This document shows, piece after piece, positions 7,792 through 18,346 of a stretch of 33,747 bases of DNA. The translations under genes and the position numbers were made by a program. This stretch comes from Anderseniella sp. GTDB lineage: Bacteria; Pseudomonadota; Alphaproteobacteria; Rhizobiales; Aestuariivirgaceae. Under the pieces are notes generated by a model, which was not told where the DNA came from, ran no database searches, and saw only the letters and a program-made list of their open reading frames with translations. The first letter of the stretch is position 1. Every line of letters begins with the position of its first letter. The stretch spans positions 1-33,747 of the forward strand of contig JBAUGO010000200.1 of the NCBI GenBank assembly GCA_049679775.1. The letters are read 5' to 3'.

Positions 7792-8745
7792 TCAGACCTG
7801 TCGCACACGATCGGCGACAAATCCGTCAAAAGCGGCAAAAAACTGATCACGATACGTATCTCGTTCACACAATATATCGTGCATTGCCCCATTGATCATC
7901 ACGGTCGCTGAACCGGGGACATAGCGCGCAAACTGCTGGGTCGCCTCGTTGGAAACAATGCTGTCGAGTCCTGCAATAACCAAAAGAGCCGGACAGCGTA
8001 AAGGCGTTGTGTCATCCAACGCCTGTAATTTCCGGCATGCCTTGAATGCAGCATTTGACCATCCAACCGTTGGTGCGATAGCGGACAGCCCGGGAGCTTC
8101 CTGCCATAGGCGAACATTGCGCATGAAACGGGCCTTGTCGGATGTGAGCCTGTTACTGCCAAAATCATCAGCTGTAGCCAGACGAGATGGGAACAACGGC
8201 ACCTTCATCTTGCCAAGACAAAGCCAGGTCATTGCCTTGACCACAATAATTCTGAACCATCTCGGCAATTTTGCAGGGGGAATATCAATGAACGGAGACA
8301 CCATAACGGCGGCTTCAAACCACGCATGTTTTGCGATCGCGCGCAGCCCTATATGGCCGCCCATGGAATTTCCCAGCAATAAGTAGGGTGGCGGACAATC
8401 TGGCAGCACAACTTCCTGCATGAACCGTTCAAAATCACTTACATACTCGGAAAAATCGCCAACATGACCATGTCGCAGACCATCAGCTGCCTCAGGTGAA
8501 CCACCCTGCCCGCGCCAGTCGAGTGTAGCAACCTTGAACCCTCGATTGGTCAGATCCCTGATTGTTTCAAAATTGCGTTCAATGCACTCGCCACGTCCTT
8601 GCAGAAAACAAACAGTGCCGCGCGTAGGCCCTTCCGCAGGAAAAAGCCCGAACCGCAATTTCACTTTTGGTGAAATTTCCAGATAATCGCATTTGGCATT
8701 GGTTGGCACAGGATTGCCGGCAACCAACACAAAACCTTCACGCAT
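7792..8745 (-). CDS. Alpha/beta hydrolase, lysophospholipase L2 (PldB)-like
   Basis: Motifs GRGECIE, DWRGQGGS, nucleophile GNSMGG, D in AGLDSIV and H in GAMHDIL. Start placed at ATG 8745 because the longer ORF overlaps the ibpA promoter. Confidence 0.88.
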   Translation of the reverse strand: MREGFVLVAGNPVPTNAKCDYLEISPKVKLRFGLFPAEGPTRGTVCFLQGRGECIERNFETIRDLTNRGFKVATLDWRGQGGSPEAADGLRHGHVGDFSEYVSDFERFMQEVVLPDCPPPYLLLGNSMGGHIGLRAIAKHAWFEAAVMVSPFIDIPPAKLPRWFRIIVVKAMTWLCLGKMKVPLFPSRLATADDFGSNRLTSDKARFMRNVRLWQEAPGLSAIAPTVGWSNAAFKACRKLQALDDTTPLRCPALLVIAGLDSIVSNEATQQFARYVPGSATVMINGAMHDILCERDTYRDQFFAAFDGFVADRVRQV

Positions 8746-8828
8746 GCTAAAGCCAGTTCCTGCCACACCCATTTCAAGCCTACTGGTTAAACCAAGCACC
8801 TCATAACGGCAAGACATTGCTCCAGCCT

Positions 8829-8856
8829 CTTGAAACACACGTTCGCTATCTTAAAT
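8829..8856 (+). promoter_or_regulatory. RpoH (sigma32)-type promoter of ibpA
   Basis: CTTGAA-N15-CTTAAAT, close to the rhizobial RpoH consensus CTTGAA-N15/16-CCTATAT. Confidence 0.6.
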
Positions 8857-8859
8857 AAG

Positions 8860-8958
8860 CTCTGTGGATGCCGAAACCGGATCCATGACAACTACGCTTC
8901 TCCTTGCCCGAAATCGGGAAGGACCAAAGACATTGCTTATTGAAAGGATGACACCATG
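8860..8958 (+). promoter_or_regulatory. ROSE-type RNA thermometer
   Basis: Hairpins at 8865-8885 and 8901-8923. A 3' hairpin CATTGCTT/AAGGATG (8931-8950) pairs the UUGCU motif with the SD, leaving a bulged G. Confidence 0.75.
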
Positions 8959-9405
8959 TTTGATCTGACACCCCTTTACCGCACAGGCGTTGGTTTTGAC
9001 CGTCTCGCACAGATGCTGAACGAACAAAACAACTTCGATACTCCAGCTTACCCTCCTTACAATATTGAGCGTACAGGAGATGACACCTACCGCATCACCA
9101 TGGCTGTTGCCGGATTTTCCGTTGACGAGCTGGAAATCGAGGTGAAAAGCAACGGCCTGACAATCACCGGGAAGAAATCTGAAACCGCAGAAAAGCCTGA
9201 ATACCTGCATCAGGGAATCGCGGCACGCAGTTTTGAACGGCGCTTCCAGTTGGCCGATCATGTGGAAGTGACTGGCGCTGAAATTGAAAATGGCCTGCTC
9301 CATGTTGATCTCAAGCGCGAGATACCTGAAGCCATGAAGCCCCGCACAATTGCAATCAAAGGTGCGAAAACCAAAGCCAGGCTAATTGAAGAAAAGGCCG
9401 CCTGA
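8956..9405 (+). CDS. ibpA: Small heat-shock protein (Hsp20, IbpA-like)
   Basis: Motifs DLTPLYR..GFDRL, YPPYNIE, YRITMAVAGF, YLHQGIAARSFERRFQLADHVEV and NGLLHVDL. Confidence 0.93.
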   Translation: MFDLTPLYRTGVGFDRLAQMLNEQNNFDTPAYPPYNIERTGDDTYRITMAVAGFSVDELEIEVKSNGLTITGKKSETAEKPEYLHQGIAARSFERRFQLADHVEVTGAEIENGLLHVDLKREIPEAMKPRTIAIKGAKTKARLIEEKAA

Positions 9406-9430
9406 AAATCAGGCAGAGCGGAAAAATACA

Positions 9431-9465
9431 AGGTGTCAGGCGCTACGCCTGACGCCTCATTTTTT
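9431..9465 (+). terminator. Intrinsic terminator after ibpA (possibly bidirectional)
   Basis: AGGTGTCAGGCG-CTA-CGCCTGACGCCT followed by CATTTTTT. An A-run lies upstream and the hairpin is between convergent genes. Confidence 0.75.
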
Positions 9466-9517
9466 ATCTGATGACGCTATTGAGTTGAAGCGGTCCAGGA
9501 CGTAACAATCTGGAAGG

Positions 9518-10576
9518 CTATCCGTTCCATTTCATAACCTCACTAATCAGCGCGTCGCAGCTGGCCTTTGTTGTGAGATACGAGCACACAAAACGCACAA
9601 ACACCTCATCATCAGCAATTTCATCGGTGCCAGGGCCAGAGCCCGGCCACTCATGAAATACAGCTCCAGCGGCCTGCAGATGGTCATGCAAACCACGCTT
9701 CATGATGGGGAATACTTCGTTGGCCTGTGTTGGCAAAGGCAAACGAACTTTCCTGGTTGAGGCAAATTGATCGCTGAGGTAGGCCGCAATCTCATTGGCA
9801 TGGCGGGCATTAGACAACCATAAGTCATTTTCGAGATAGGCATTCATTTGCGCACCCAGATAACGCCCCTTCGATAGAAGTTGCGCTGCCCTCATGCGTC
9901 GATAGGAGAAATCCACCGCAAGGGTTCGATCAAAAAAGATAACGGCTTCCAACATCATGGCACCGTTCTTGGTTGCTCCAAACGACAGTGCATCAACACC
10001 AGCCTTCCAGCTCATTTCAGCTGGTGTGCAGCCAAGCGAAAGCAATGCGTTTGTAAATCTTGCCCCATCCATATGCAGCCGCAAACCACGCTCCCTGGCC
10101 AATTTGCTGATGGCTGCAATCTCCTCAAGTGAATAAACCGTGCCAAGCTCTGAGGCTTGTGTGATGGAAATTGCACATGGTTTTGGATCGTGTTCACCGC
10201 GAATAAAACCGTTCAGTGTCTTTTCAATGCTGGCAGGTGTCAGCTTGCCACCCTTGTCATGAATGCCGATCAGCTTTGCTCCACCGGTAAAAAGCTCCGG
10301 TGCGCCACACTCATCAACCAGAATATGCGCCTCGCCATGGCAGAGCACGGCACCATAGGCAGGAACCATTGCAGACAGACACAGACTGTTGGCTGCAGTG
10401 CCGGTTGTTACCAGGAAGGCATCAAGCTCACACTCAAAAACCGAAGCGAGCCTTCGCTGCGCTTCAAGTGTGTACTCATCGCTCGCATAGGAGCTTTGTG
10501 TTCCAGAATTGGCAGCAAGGATAGCCTGCATGATCTCGGCAGAAACGCCATACACATTGTCACTGGCAAAGTTCAT
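9518..10576 (-). CDS. ltaE: Low-specificity L-threonine aldolase (PLP-dependent)
   Basis: Motifs MNFASDN, TGTAANSL, DECGAPE, LHMDGARF.NA and SFGATKNG (PLP lysine). Confidence 0.88.
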   Translation of the reverse strand: MNFASDNVYGVSAEIMQAILAANSGTQSSYASDEYTLEAQRRLASVFECELDAFLVTTGTAANSLCLSAMVPAYGAVLCHGEAHILVDECGAPELFTGGAKLIGIHDKGGKLTPASIEKTLNGFIRGEHDPKPCAISITQASELGTVYSLEEIAAISKLARERGLRLHMDGARFTNALLSLGCTPAEMSWKAGVDALSFGATKNGAMMLEAVIFFDRTLAVDFSYRRMRAAQLLSKGRYLGAQMNAYLENDLWLSNARHANEIAAYLSDQFASTRKVRLPLPTQANEVFPIMKRGLHDHLQAAGAVFHEWPGSGPGTDEIADDEVFVRFVCSYLTTKASCDALISEVMKWNG

Positions 10577-10875
10577 TACGTCCTGGCTCCTGGCTCATAA
10601 ATGGTCGTTTCAATTTCATAAAAGTAATCTAGCACACCTTGTCATCTGGGCGAACAACGACATATAAATTTATCCAAAGCGCTGGCACCAAGAGCGCTTG
10701 CATATTGGTCATATTTCTGGCACAACAATTTCAGTTTAAGTCAGTATCACTGACCTAAATATGGCAGACCACTCATTATCGGGCAAAAGCACGATGTCGA
10801 CGATAAAAAAACAGAAAACTAAAGGCACGGTCTGCCTGACCAAGGGAAAACTCACGACGCTCAAACGTATCTAGA

Positions 10876-10959
10876 ATGTCGCCCGAGCAGATTTCCCAGA
10901 TAAACGGGAAGTGCAGGAAACGACGTTCGGAACGAGACTCGGCGAATTCAGGCAAATAG
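10876..10959 (+). CDS. Candidate gltB leader peptide (uORF, 27 aa)
   Basis: Own translation: MSPEQISQINGKCRKRRSERDSANSGK*. It ends 116 nt before the gltB start and has no clear SD. Confidence 0.4.
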   Translation: MSPEQISQINGKCRKRRSERDSANSGK

Positions 10960-11075
10960 CCAAAACCCTTATCGCAGAAATTGCTCCAGCATCTGTTATC
11001 TGACCTTCCAGCCAAGTATTGATGATATACGTAAGAGCTCAGGCTTTTACGCAGCAACAGGCAAGGATCGCCGAT

Positions 11076-14000
11076 ATGAATGACAAAGTTTCTGCACGCA
11101 CAAAGGCTATGATACAGGCTGGCCTGCCTGCAAAAACCGGTCTTTATGACCCGGCCAATGAACATGACGCCTGTGGCGTTGGCATGATTGCCAACATCAA
11201 CAATGAAAAAAGCCATCGCGTTGTGGCAGACGGCCTGCGCATTCTGGAGAATCTGGAACATCGTGGCGCGGTCGGAGCTGACCCAAAGGCCGGTGACGGC
11301 GCGGGCGTGCTTATTCAAATACCCCATGAATTTTTTTCTGCAGAGGCCAAGCGCCTTGGCTTCAAGCTGCCCTCAGCAGGTGATTATGGTGTTGGCTTTG
11401 TGTTTTTGCCCCGCGACCCACAAGTGCGCGAACGCATAGAGCAGATATTTGCCAAAGCAGCATTGCAGGAGAACCTGGAAGTCCTTGGCTGGCGCGATGT
11501 GCCGGTCAATCCTGCAGTGCTTGGAAAATCTGTTCTGCCAACCGAGCCTTTCCACCGTCAGGTCTTCGTGGCTCGTGGCCCGAATTTCAAGGACACGGAT
11601 CCTTTGGCTTTTGCCCGCAAGCTGTTTGTAATGCGAAAGGTCGTCTCCAATCGCGTCACTTCAATCACTGACACAGACTCGTCCGGCTACTATGTGGTTT
11701 CGATGTCACCCGATACGATCGTCTACAAGGGACTGGTGCTTGGCATCAATCTGGGGGACTATTACACAGACCTGAAAAACCCGCAGGTGACATCTGCACT
11801 GGCGTTAGTTCACCAACGCTTTTCCACCAACACATTTCCATCCTGGCCGCTGGCTCACCCATATCGCATGATCTGTCACAATGGCGAGATCAACACGCTT
11901 CGCGGCAACTACAACTGGATGGCAGCGCGCTATGCCACAATGAGCTCTGACCTGTTTGGGGCTGACATGGAAAAACTGTGGCCCATTTCCTATGAAGGCC
12001 AGTCGGACTCTGCATGTTTCGACAATGCGCTGGAGTTGTTGCAGTTCGCAGGTTATCCGCTCTCACATGCCATGATGATGCTCATCCCGGAAGCATGGGC
12101 GGGCAATCCACTGATGAATGAAAACCGGCGCGCGTTTTACGAATATCATGCTGCTCTCATGGAGCCATGGGATGGCCCGGCAGCAATAGCCTTTACCAAC
12201 GGTCGCCAAATTGGTGCCACGCTGGATCGCAACGGCCTGCGCCCAGCACGATATCTGGTCACGATTGATGGCTTCGTTTTGCTGGCCTCAGAAATGGGCG
12301 TGCTGGACTTCGCCGAAGAATCCATCACCACCAAGTGGCGGTTGCAACCCGGAAAAATGCTGCTCATTGACCTTGAAGAAAAACGCATCATTTCCGATGA
12401 AGAACTCAAGGAAAACCTTTCAACCAGATACCCGTACCGTGAATGGCTTGACCGGACCCAGGTCCTGCTCAAGGACATGCCGACCGTAAAGGCCTCAAGC
12501 GCCAGGACAAATGTGGCCTTGATCGATCGCCAGCAGGCTTTTGGATATACCCAGGAGGATCTCAAGTTCCTGCTTACCCCCATGGCGCAAACCGGACAGG
12601 AAGCCATAGGCTCAATGGGGACGGACACACCGATTTCCGCCCTGTCCTCGCGGCCGAAACTTCTTCACACCTACTTCAAGCAGCTCTTTGCGCAAGTAAC
12701 CAACCCGCCGATTGACCCGATACGGGAAGAGCTGGTGATGTCGCTGGTCTCATTTATCGGACCTCGTCCAAACCTGCTCGACCTTGCTGGCACCTCGCGG
12801 CAGAAGCGCCTGGAAGTGCCTCAACCCATTTTGACCAACGAAGATCTGGAAAAAATCAGGGCGATTGGTGGCATCAAGGACAACGACTTCCTGACCATGA
12901 CGCTCGATATCACTTACCCCGCGTCCAACGGTGCCAATGGCATGGAAGAAGCGCTGGAACATTTGTGTGCACGCGCAGAAAGTTCGGTTCACGAAGGTCA
13001 CAACATCATCATTCTGTCTGACAGATCCGTTTCGCAGGACCAGATACCGATCCCTTCATTGCTGGCAACATCGGCTGTGCATCATCACTTGATCCGAAAG
13101 GGTTTGCGCACATCTGTCGGCCTTGTTGTGGAAACAGGTGAAGCGCGTGAAGTACACCAGTTTGCAACGCTTGCTGGTTTCGGTGCTGAAGCGATCAATC
13201 CATGGCTTGCTTTTGAAACAATTCAGGACATGCTGCCCAAACTGGCTGAAGAAGTCAGTTCCGAAGAAGCTGCCAAACGCTTCTCCAAGGCGATCAACAA
13301 GGGTTTGTTGAAGGTCATGTCAAAGATGGGCATTTCAACATACCAGTCTTATTGCGGCGCCCAGATTTTTGACGCAGTTGGCCTCAAGCAATCGTTCGTT
13401 GATCGTTATTTCACAGGCACATCCACCCAAATCGAAGGTGTGGGTTTGGGCGAGATCGCTATTGAAACTGTCGAGCGGCACCGCCTGGCATTTTCTGATG
13501 CTCCGATCTATCGCAATGCACTGGATGTGGGCGGAGAGTACGCGTTCCGTTTCCGCGGAGAAAGCCATGTATGGGGACCCGAAGTGGTTGCCGACCTGCA
13601 ACACGCGGTGCGCGGAGACATTCCTGAGAAGTATCGCGCCTATGCACAAAAGATCAATGATCAGTCCAAGCAACTGATGACAATGCGTGGGCTATTCCGG
13701 CTGCGTCCGGCAGCAGAGATGGGCCGCACACCCGTACCCCTGGATGAAGTTGAGCCCGCATCAGAAATCGTCAAGCGCTTTGCAACCGGAGCCATGTCAT
13801 TTGGCTCCATCAGCCGCGAAGCCCATACAACGCTTGCCATGGCCATGAACCGCATTGGTGGCAAATCCAATACAGGCGAAGGTGGTGAAGAAGCAGACCG
13901 CTTCAAACCAATGGCAAACGGTGACTCGATGCGCTCCGCCATCAAGCAGGTAGCATCAGGCAGGTTCGGCGTGACCACCGAATATCTTGTCAATGCAGAC

Positions 14001-15773
14001 ATGATCCAGATCAAGATGGCGCAAGGTGCAAAGCCCGGTGAAGGCGGCCAACTGCCAGGTCACAAGGTTGACAAGACGATTGCTGCGGTTCGCTATTCGA
14101 CCCCCGGTGTTGGCCTGATCTCTCCACCACCGCACCATGACATCTACTCAATCGAAGATCTGGCGCAGCTGATCTATGACCTGAAAAATACCAACTCGAA
14201 GGCTGATATCTCGGTCAAGCTGGTTTCAGAAGTCGGCGTAGGTACAGTTGCAGCCGGTGTTTCCAAGGCACGTGCCGACCATGTCACCATCTCAGGGTTT
14301 GAAGGTGGTACCGGAGCATCACCGCTGACCTCCATCAAGCATGCAGGCTCACCATGGGAAATTGGCCTTGCCGAGACACAACAAACACTTGTGCTCAATG
14401 AATTGCGTGGCCGTATAGCCGTGCAGGTCGATGGTGGATTGCGCACCGGCCGTGATGTGATTGTCGGAGCGTTGTTGGGAGCAGATGAATTCGGCTTTGC
14501 GACTGCACCCCTGATTGCTGCAGGTTGCATAATGATGCGCAAATGTCATTTGAACACTTGCCCGGTCGGAGTCGCCACGCAAGATCCTGAATTGCGCAAA
14601 CGCTTCACCGGAAAGCCTGAACACGTGATCAATTACTTCTTCTTCGTCGCTGAAGAAGTCCGCGAATTGATGGCGTCAATGGGCTTTCGCAAGCTGGAGG
14701 ATATGGTTGGCCGCACAGACTTCCTTGATAAGGATCAGGCGATAGAGCACTGGAAGGCACGCGGACTTGATTTCTCCAAAATGTTCATGATGCCAAAGGT
14801 GTCGAAGGATGTTCCGATCCGTCACGTCGACAAGCAGGATCATCACCTGGAAACGGTACTGGACCGTGAGCTTATCAAACAGGCAGCTCCTGCACTGGAG
14901 AATAGGAAATCAGTGACCATAAACCTGCCAATCCGCAATGTGGACCGTTCTACAGGTGCCATGCTGTCTGGTGAGATTGCTCGCCGTTATGGTCATGCCG
15001 GTTTGCCCGACGACACGATTTCCATCACCTTGAGAGGTACAGCTGGTCAAAGCTTCGGCGCATTTGTATCCAAGGGCGTGACACTCGACTTGATTGGTGA
15101 AGGTAATGACTATGTTGCCAAGGGACTTTCAGGTGGGCGCATTGTAGTTAGGCCACCCGAAAACGCTGCCATTGTGCCTGAAAACTCCATCATCGTTGGC
15201 AACACCGTTCTTTATGGTGCGATCTCGGGTGAGTGCTATCTCCATGGTGTCGCTGGCGAACGCTTTGCGGTGCGAAATTCTGGTGCCATTGCAGTTGTTG
15301 AAGGCACGGGTGATCACGGCTGTGAATATATGACAGGCGGTATCGTTGTCGTACTTGGGCAAACCGGGCGCAACTTCGCGGCTGGCATGTCCGGTGGCAT
15401 AGCGTATGTACTTGATGAAGCGGGTGATTTCCGCCAACGCTGCAATCTGGCCATGGTTGATCTGGAGCCTGTACCTGAAGAAGAAGAGCTTTCACAGCGT
15501 CTGGCCAATCAGTCTGGTGATCTTGAAAGTCATGGTCTTGTAGATGTGCAAGGTGACATGACCAGCCATGATGCAGAACGCTTGTTCCAGCTGATCAATA
15601 ACCATGCTCGCTATACCAACTCTGGTCGTGCTCGCGAGATTCTAGACAACTGGAAAACCTGGCTACCGAAGTTCGTCAAGGTAATGCCGGTAGATTACCG
15701 TCGCGCCTTGAAAGAAATGGAAGCACAAGAAGCAACGGGTGAAATGCTGATCGGCGTAAGGGAGGGCAAGTGA
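11076..15773 (+). CDS. gltB: Glutamate synthase (NADPH) large subunit
   Basis: Autoprocessing site [40 protein letters not shown] and the 3Fe-4S motif [12 protein letters not shown]. Start placed at ATG 11076 (AAGGA SD). Confidence 0.97.
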   Translation: MNDKVSARTKAMIQAGLPAKTGLYDPANEHDACGVGMIANINNEKSHRVVADGLRILENLEHRGAVGADPKAGDGAGVLIQIPHEFFSAEAKRLGFKLPSAGDYGVGFVFLPRDPQVRERIEQIFAKAALQENLEVLGWRDVPVNPAVLGKSVLPTEPFHRQVFVARGPNFKDTDPLAFARKLFVMRKVVSNRVTSITDTDSSGYYVVSMSPDTIVYKGLVLGINLGDYYTDLKNPQVTSALALVHQRFSTNTFPSWPLAHPYRMICHNGEINTLRGNYNWMAARYATMSSDLFGADMEKLWPISYEGQSDSACFDNALELLQFAGYPLSHAMMMLIPEAWAGNPLMNENRRAFYEYHAALMEPWDGPAAIAFTNGRQIGATLDRNGLRPARYLVTIDGFVLLASEMGVLDFAEESITTKWRLQPGKMLLIDLEEKRIISDEELKENLSTRYPYREWLDRTQVLLKDMPTVKASSARTNVALIDRQQAFGYTQEDLKFLLTPMAQTGQEAIGSMGTDTPISALSSRPKLLHTYFKQLFAQVTNPPIDPIREELVMSLVSFIGPRPNLLDLAGTSRQKRLEVPQPILTNEDLEKIRAIGGIKDNDFLTMTLDITYPASNGANGMEEALEHLCARAESSVHEGHNIIILSDRSVSQDQIPIPSLLATSAVHHHLIRKGLRTSVGLVVETGEAREVHQFATLAGFGAEAINPWLAFETIQDMLPKLAEEVSSEEAAKRFSKAINKGLLKVMSKMGISTYQSYCGAQIFDAVGLKQSFVDRYFTGTSTQIEGVGLGEIAIETVERHRLAFSDAPIYRNALDVGGEYAFRFRGESHVWGPEVVADLQHAVRGDIPEKYRAYAQKINDQSKQLMTMRGLFRLRPAAEMGRTPVPLDEVEPASEIVKRFATGAMSFGSISREAHTTLAMAMNRIGGKSNTGEGGEEADRFKPMANGDSMRSAIKQVASGRFGVTTEYLVNADMIQIKMAQGAKPGEGGQLPGHKVDKTIAAVRYSTPGVGLISPPPHHDIYSIEDLAQLIYDLKNTNSKADISVKLVSEVGVGTVAAGVSKARADHVTISGFEGGTGASPLTSIKHAGSPWEIGLAETQQTLVLNELRGRIAVQVDGGLRTGRDVIVGALLGADEFGFATAPLIAAGCIMMRKCHLNTCPVGVATQDPELRKRFTGKPEHVINYFFFVAEEVRELMASMGFRKLEDMVGRTDFLDKDQAIEHWKARGLDFSKMFMMPKVSKDVPIRHVDKQDHHLETVLDRELIKQAAPALENRKSVTINLPIRNVDRSTGAMLSGEIARRYGHAGLPDDTISITLRGTAGQSFGAFVSKGVTLDLIGEGNDYVAKGLSGGRIVVRPPENAAIVPENSIIVGNTVLYGAISGECYLHGVAGERFAVRNSGAIAVVEGTGDHGCEYMTGGIVVVLGQTGRNFAAGMSGGIAYVLDEAGDFRQRCNLAMVDLEPVPEEEELSQRLANQSGDLESHGLVDVQGDMTSHDAERLFQLINNHARYTNSGRAREILDNWKTWLPKFVKVMPVDYRRALKEMEAQEATGEMLIGVREGK

Positions 15774-15774
15774 C

Positions 15775-17193
15775 ATGGGTAAAATAACCGGTTTCAAGGA
15801 GTTTGCCCGGCAGGATCGGCAATATAAACCTGTTGCCGAGCGCGTGACAAATTTTGATGAATTCGTCATTCCGCTCAGCGATGCTGAAACCAAAACCCAG
15901 GCAGCTCGCTGCATGGATTGCGGTATTCCCTATTGCCACAATGGCTGTCCAGTCATGAACCAGATCCCTGACTGGAACGATCTTGTTTATAACGAAGATT
16001 GGCAGGAGGCATCACGCAATCTGCATTCAACCAACAATTTTCCGGAATTCACTGGTCGTATTTGCCCAGCACCTTGCGAAGCATCATGTACCTTGAACAT
16101 CGACGACAACCCCGTCGCCATCAAGACCATTGAATGCGCAATCGTAGACCGGGCATGGGAAGAAGGGTGGATTGTACCAGACATTCCAGAAGTCCGGACA
16201 GGCAAGAAAGTTGCTATTGTTGGCTCAGGTCCTGCCGGACTTGCCGCAGCACAGCAGCTCGCCCGCGCCGGGCACGATGTCCACGTTTATGAGAAGCAGG
16301 CAAAGCCAGGTGGATTGCTTCGTTATGGCATTCCAGATTTCAAGATGGCCAAAACGCTGATTGACCGCAGAACGGATCAGATGAAGTCCGAAGGTGTTAC
16401 CTTCCATTGTCAGCGCCATATCGGAGTGGATATGGATGTCGCCGAACTGGAGCGTAGCCATGACGCCGTCCTGCTTGCGGGCGGTTCGGAACAACCCCGT
16501 GACCTTCTCGTACCAGGTCGTGAACTGGATGGCGTGCATTTCGCAATGGATTTTCTGCGCCAACAAAACAAGCGCATTGGCCGTGAAGACCTTGGTGGTG
16601 TCATACCGCTACTTGCCAAAGGCAAACATGTCGTTGTGATCGGTGGTGGCGATACCGGCTCTGACTGTATTGGCACATCCTTCAGGCAAGGGGCACTTTC
16701 GGTTACCCAGCTGGAAATCATGCCAACACCGCCGGAAAAGGAAAACAAGGCTTTGAGCTGGCCGCACTGGCCCTTGAAGATGCGTACGTCGTCCTCACAG
16801 GCAGAAGGTGCTGACCGCGAGTTTGCTGTCATGACCACGCACTTCTCAGGTGAAGACGGCAAGGTCAAGAAACTGCATGGTGTGCATGTTGATGGCCAGA
16901 TGAAACCAAAGCCAGGCAGTGAGTTTGAATTGCCAGCGGACCTGGTGTTGCTGGCGATGGGTTTCGTCAATCCGGTTCACGAAGGCATGTTGAAGGAATT
17001 ATCGGTGGGGCTTGATGCCAGGGGTAATGTCAAGGCGGATACGCTTGCCTACAAGACCAATCGCTGGAAAGTGTTTTCTGCTGGTGACATGCGCCGGGGG
17101 CAGTCGCTTGTAGTATGGGCCATTCGCGAAGGCAGACAGGCCGCACGTGCTATTGACGAATTCCTGATGGGATCCTCAGCGCTTCCATACTGA
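15775..17193 (+). CDS. gltD: Glutamate synthase small subunit
   Basis: Motifs [38 protein letters not shown] and [14 protein letters not shown]. It starts 1 nt after the gltB stop. Confidence 0.97.
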   Translation: MGKITGFKEFARQDRQYKPVAERVTNFDEFVIPLSDAETKTQAARCMDCGIPYCHNGCPVMNQIPDWNDLVYNEDWQEASRNLHSTNNFPEFTGRICPAPCEASCTLNIDDNPVAIKTIECAIVDRAWEEGWIVPDIPEVRTGKKVAIVGSGPAGLAAAQQLARAGHDVHVYEKQAKPGGLLRYGIPDFKMAKTLIDRRTDQMKSEGVTFHCQRHIGVDMDVAELERSHDAVLLAGGSEQPRDLLVPGRELDGVHFAMDFLRQQNKRIGREDLGGVIPLLAKGKHVVVIGGGDTGSDCIGTSFRQGALSVTQLEIMPTPPEKENKALSWPHWPLKMRTSSSQAEGADREFAVMTTHFSGEDGKVKKLHGVHVDGQMKPKPGSEFELPADLVLLAMGFVNPVHEGMLKELSVGLDARGNVKADTLAYKTNRWKVFSAGDMRRGQSLVVWAIREGRQAARAIDEFLMGSSALPY

Positions 17194-17201
17194 TGCACTG
17201 G

Positions 17202-18335
17202 CTACTCATTCGCCGGTATTGGCTTGAAAGCATCATACCGTTGTGATGGTGCGTCAGGCCAAATACCTTCAAGAAACAACCGTCGGGCAGCGCTGTCAGG
17301 CGGTGTATTCCGGGCCAGTGCATTTAACTGTTCCTCGCCAGAGACCTTGCTTTTGTCATCTCTACTGGCAATGCGAGCAATTTCAACATAGTCAGGACCT
17401 GGCAGGCTTGACGGATCCAATGGGTTCACATCAAGACCATCTGCACGTTGCGCAGCAAATGATGGCAAGGCCGCAAGCTGTTCAGGAGTGAGCGGTATGG
17501 CACGCACCAGTGGCTCTGTGATGGCACGATCAACTGGGGCGCCATCTGCTACCGATATGTCTGCCCGCACCAGCTTCATCAGCTCAGCCGCCAGTCTGTC
17601 ATTTCCACGCGTGATGAACTTGACACCATCACGGGAGCGGAGACGTACTGTCTCACCTGAACCATCATCCCCACTATCGGTATAAGTCCCGTCGGGGCTT
17701 GAAAGCAGTAACCGCAAATCAATAAACCTGACACCTTCATCAGCCATGACCTGGCGTTCAATATCACCGACAAACTGCATCGCCTGATCATATTCTGGTC
17801 GCCCCATTGGCGGTACACCAAACCAGTACACCGCGACACCTCGGCTCTTCAAAGTGTCAAGCAAGGTTTTTATTTGAGCTGTATATGCGGTTTTCCATTC
17901 ATCGCTGCCAAACTTGATGGGATTGTCCCCATCTTGAATATCCCTGAAATCGTTGGCACCCAACATGACAGCAGCAATATCAAACGATCGACTATCCAGC
18001 AGTTTTGTGGTCGCGTCCGGCCAATTATAAAGTTTCGGTCTGGCAAGGCTTGAGCTTTCCTGAATGCGCCCCGTCACGGTAATGCGGTCTTCTTCCTCCA
18101 CGATGCGGTTCATACCGGCCCAAAGGCCGGTGCCCAATACGTCACCAAGGATAACGATGTCATAGACCTGCTTGCGGAACTTCAGATAACTCGATTGCCC
18201 GGCAGATTGTGGAGTCGGCACGGCACTGGTATCTGTTGCGCTGGTGGCATCTTGCGCACGAATGGTCACAGGAACCAAGGCCGTTCCCAATACAAGGGCA
18301 AGCAAGGCCGATAATGATCTTTGATACAGGTTCAT
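17202..18335 (-). CDS. Exported SGNH-fold protein (DUF459-like), catalytic Ser and His substituted
   Basis: Signal peptide; block I IVILGDVL, block III MLGAND and block V DGVKF; VYWFGVPPM. Confidence 0.8.
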   Translation of the reverse strand: MNLYQRSLSALLALVLGTALVPVTIRAQDATSATDTSAVPTPQSAGQSSYLKFRKQVYDIVILGDVLGTGLWAGMNRIVEEEDRITVTGRIQESSSLARPKLYNWPDATTKLLDSRSFDIAAVMLGANDFRDIQDGDNPIKFGSDEWKTAYTAQIKTLLDTLKSRGVAVYWFGVPPMGRPEYDQAMQFVGDIERQVMADEGVRFIDLRLLLSSPDGTYTDSGDDGSGETVRLRSRDGVKFITRGNDRLAAELMKLVRADISVADGAPVDRAITEPLVRAIPLTPEQLAALPSFAAQRADGLDVNPLDPSSLPGPDYVEIARIASRDDKSKVSGEEQLNALARNTPPDSAARRLFLEGIWPDAPSQRYDAFKPIPANE

Positions 18336-18346
18336 GGTAAATGAAC

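Noticed and set aside
10684..10735. Sigma54-like TGGCAC motifs upstream of gltB
   Set aside because: The first has 9 nt between TGGCAC and TTGCA instead of 5. The second has the right spacing but reads TTTCA, losing the conserved G of the -12 element.
10761..10874. Second short ORF MADHSLSGKSTMSTIKKQKTKGTVCLTKGKLTTLKRI* upstream of the gltB uORF
   Set aside because: No SD, its lysine richness merely reflects an A-rich promoter-like tract, and nothing else supports translation.
10860..11075. Known glutamine riboswitch (glnA motif) in the gltB leader
   Set aside because: I could not find the characteristic three-stem junction or consensus sequence. A cmscan would be needed to exclude it formally.
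10776..11327. 183-aa minus-strand ORF over the gltB 5' end
   Set aside because: Antisense shadow of gltB extending into the leader, with no recognisable features.
15475..15580. Acidic insertion near the GltB C-terminus (EEEELSQRL...HGLVDV)
   Set aside because: In frame, no intein or repeat signature, and it looks like an ordinary lineage-specific loop.
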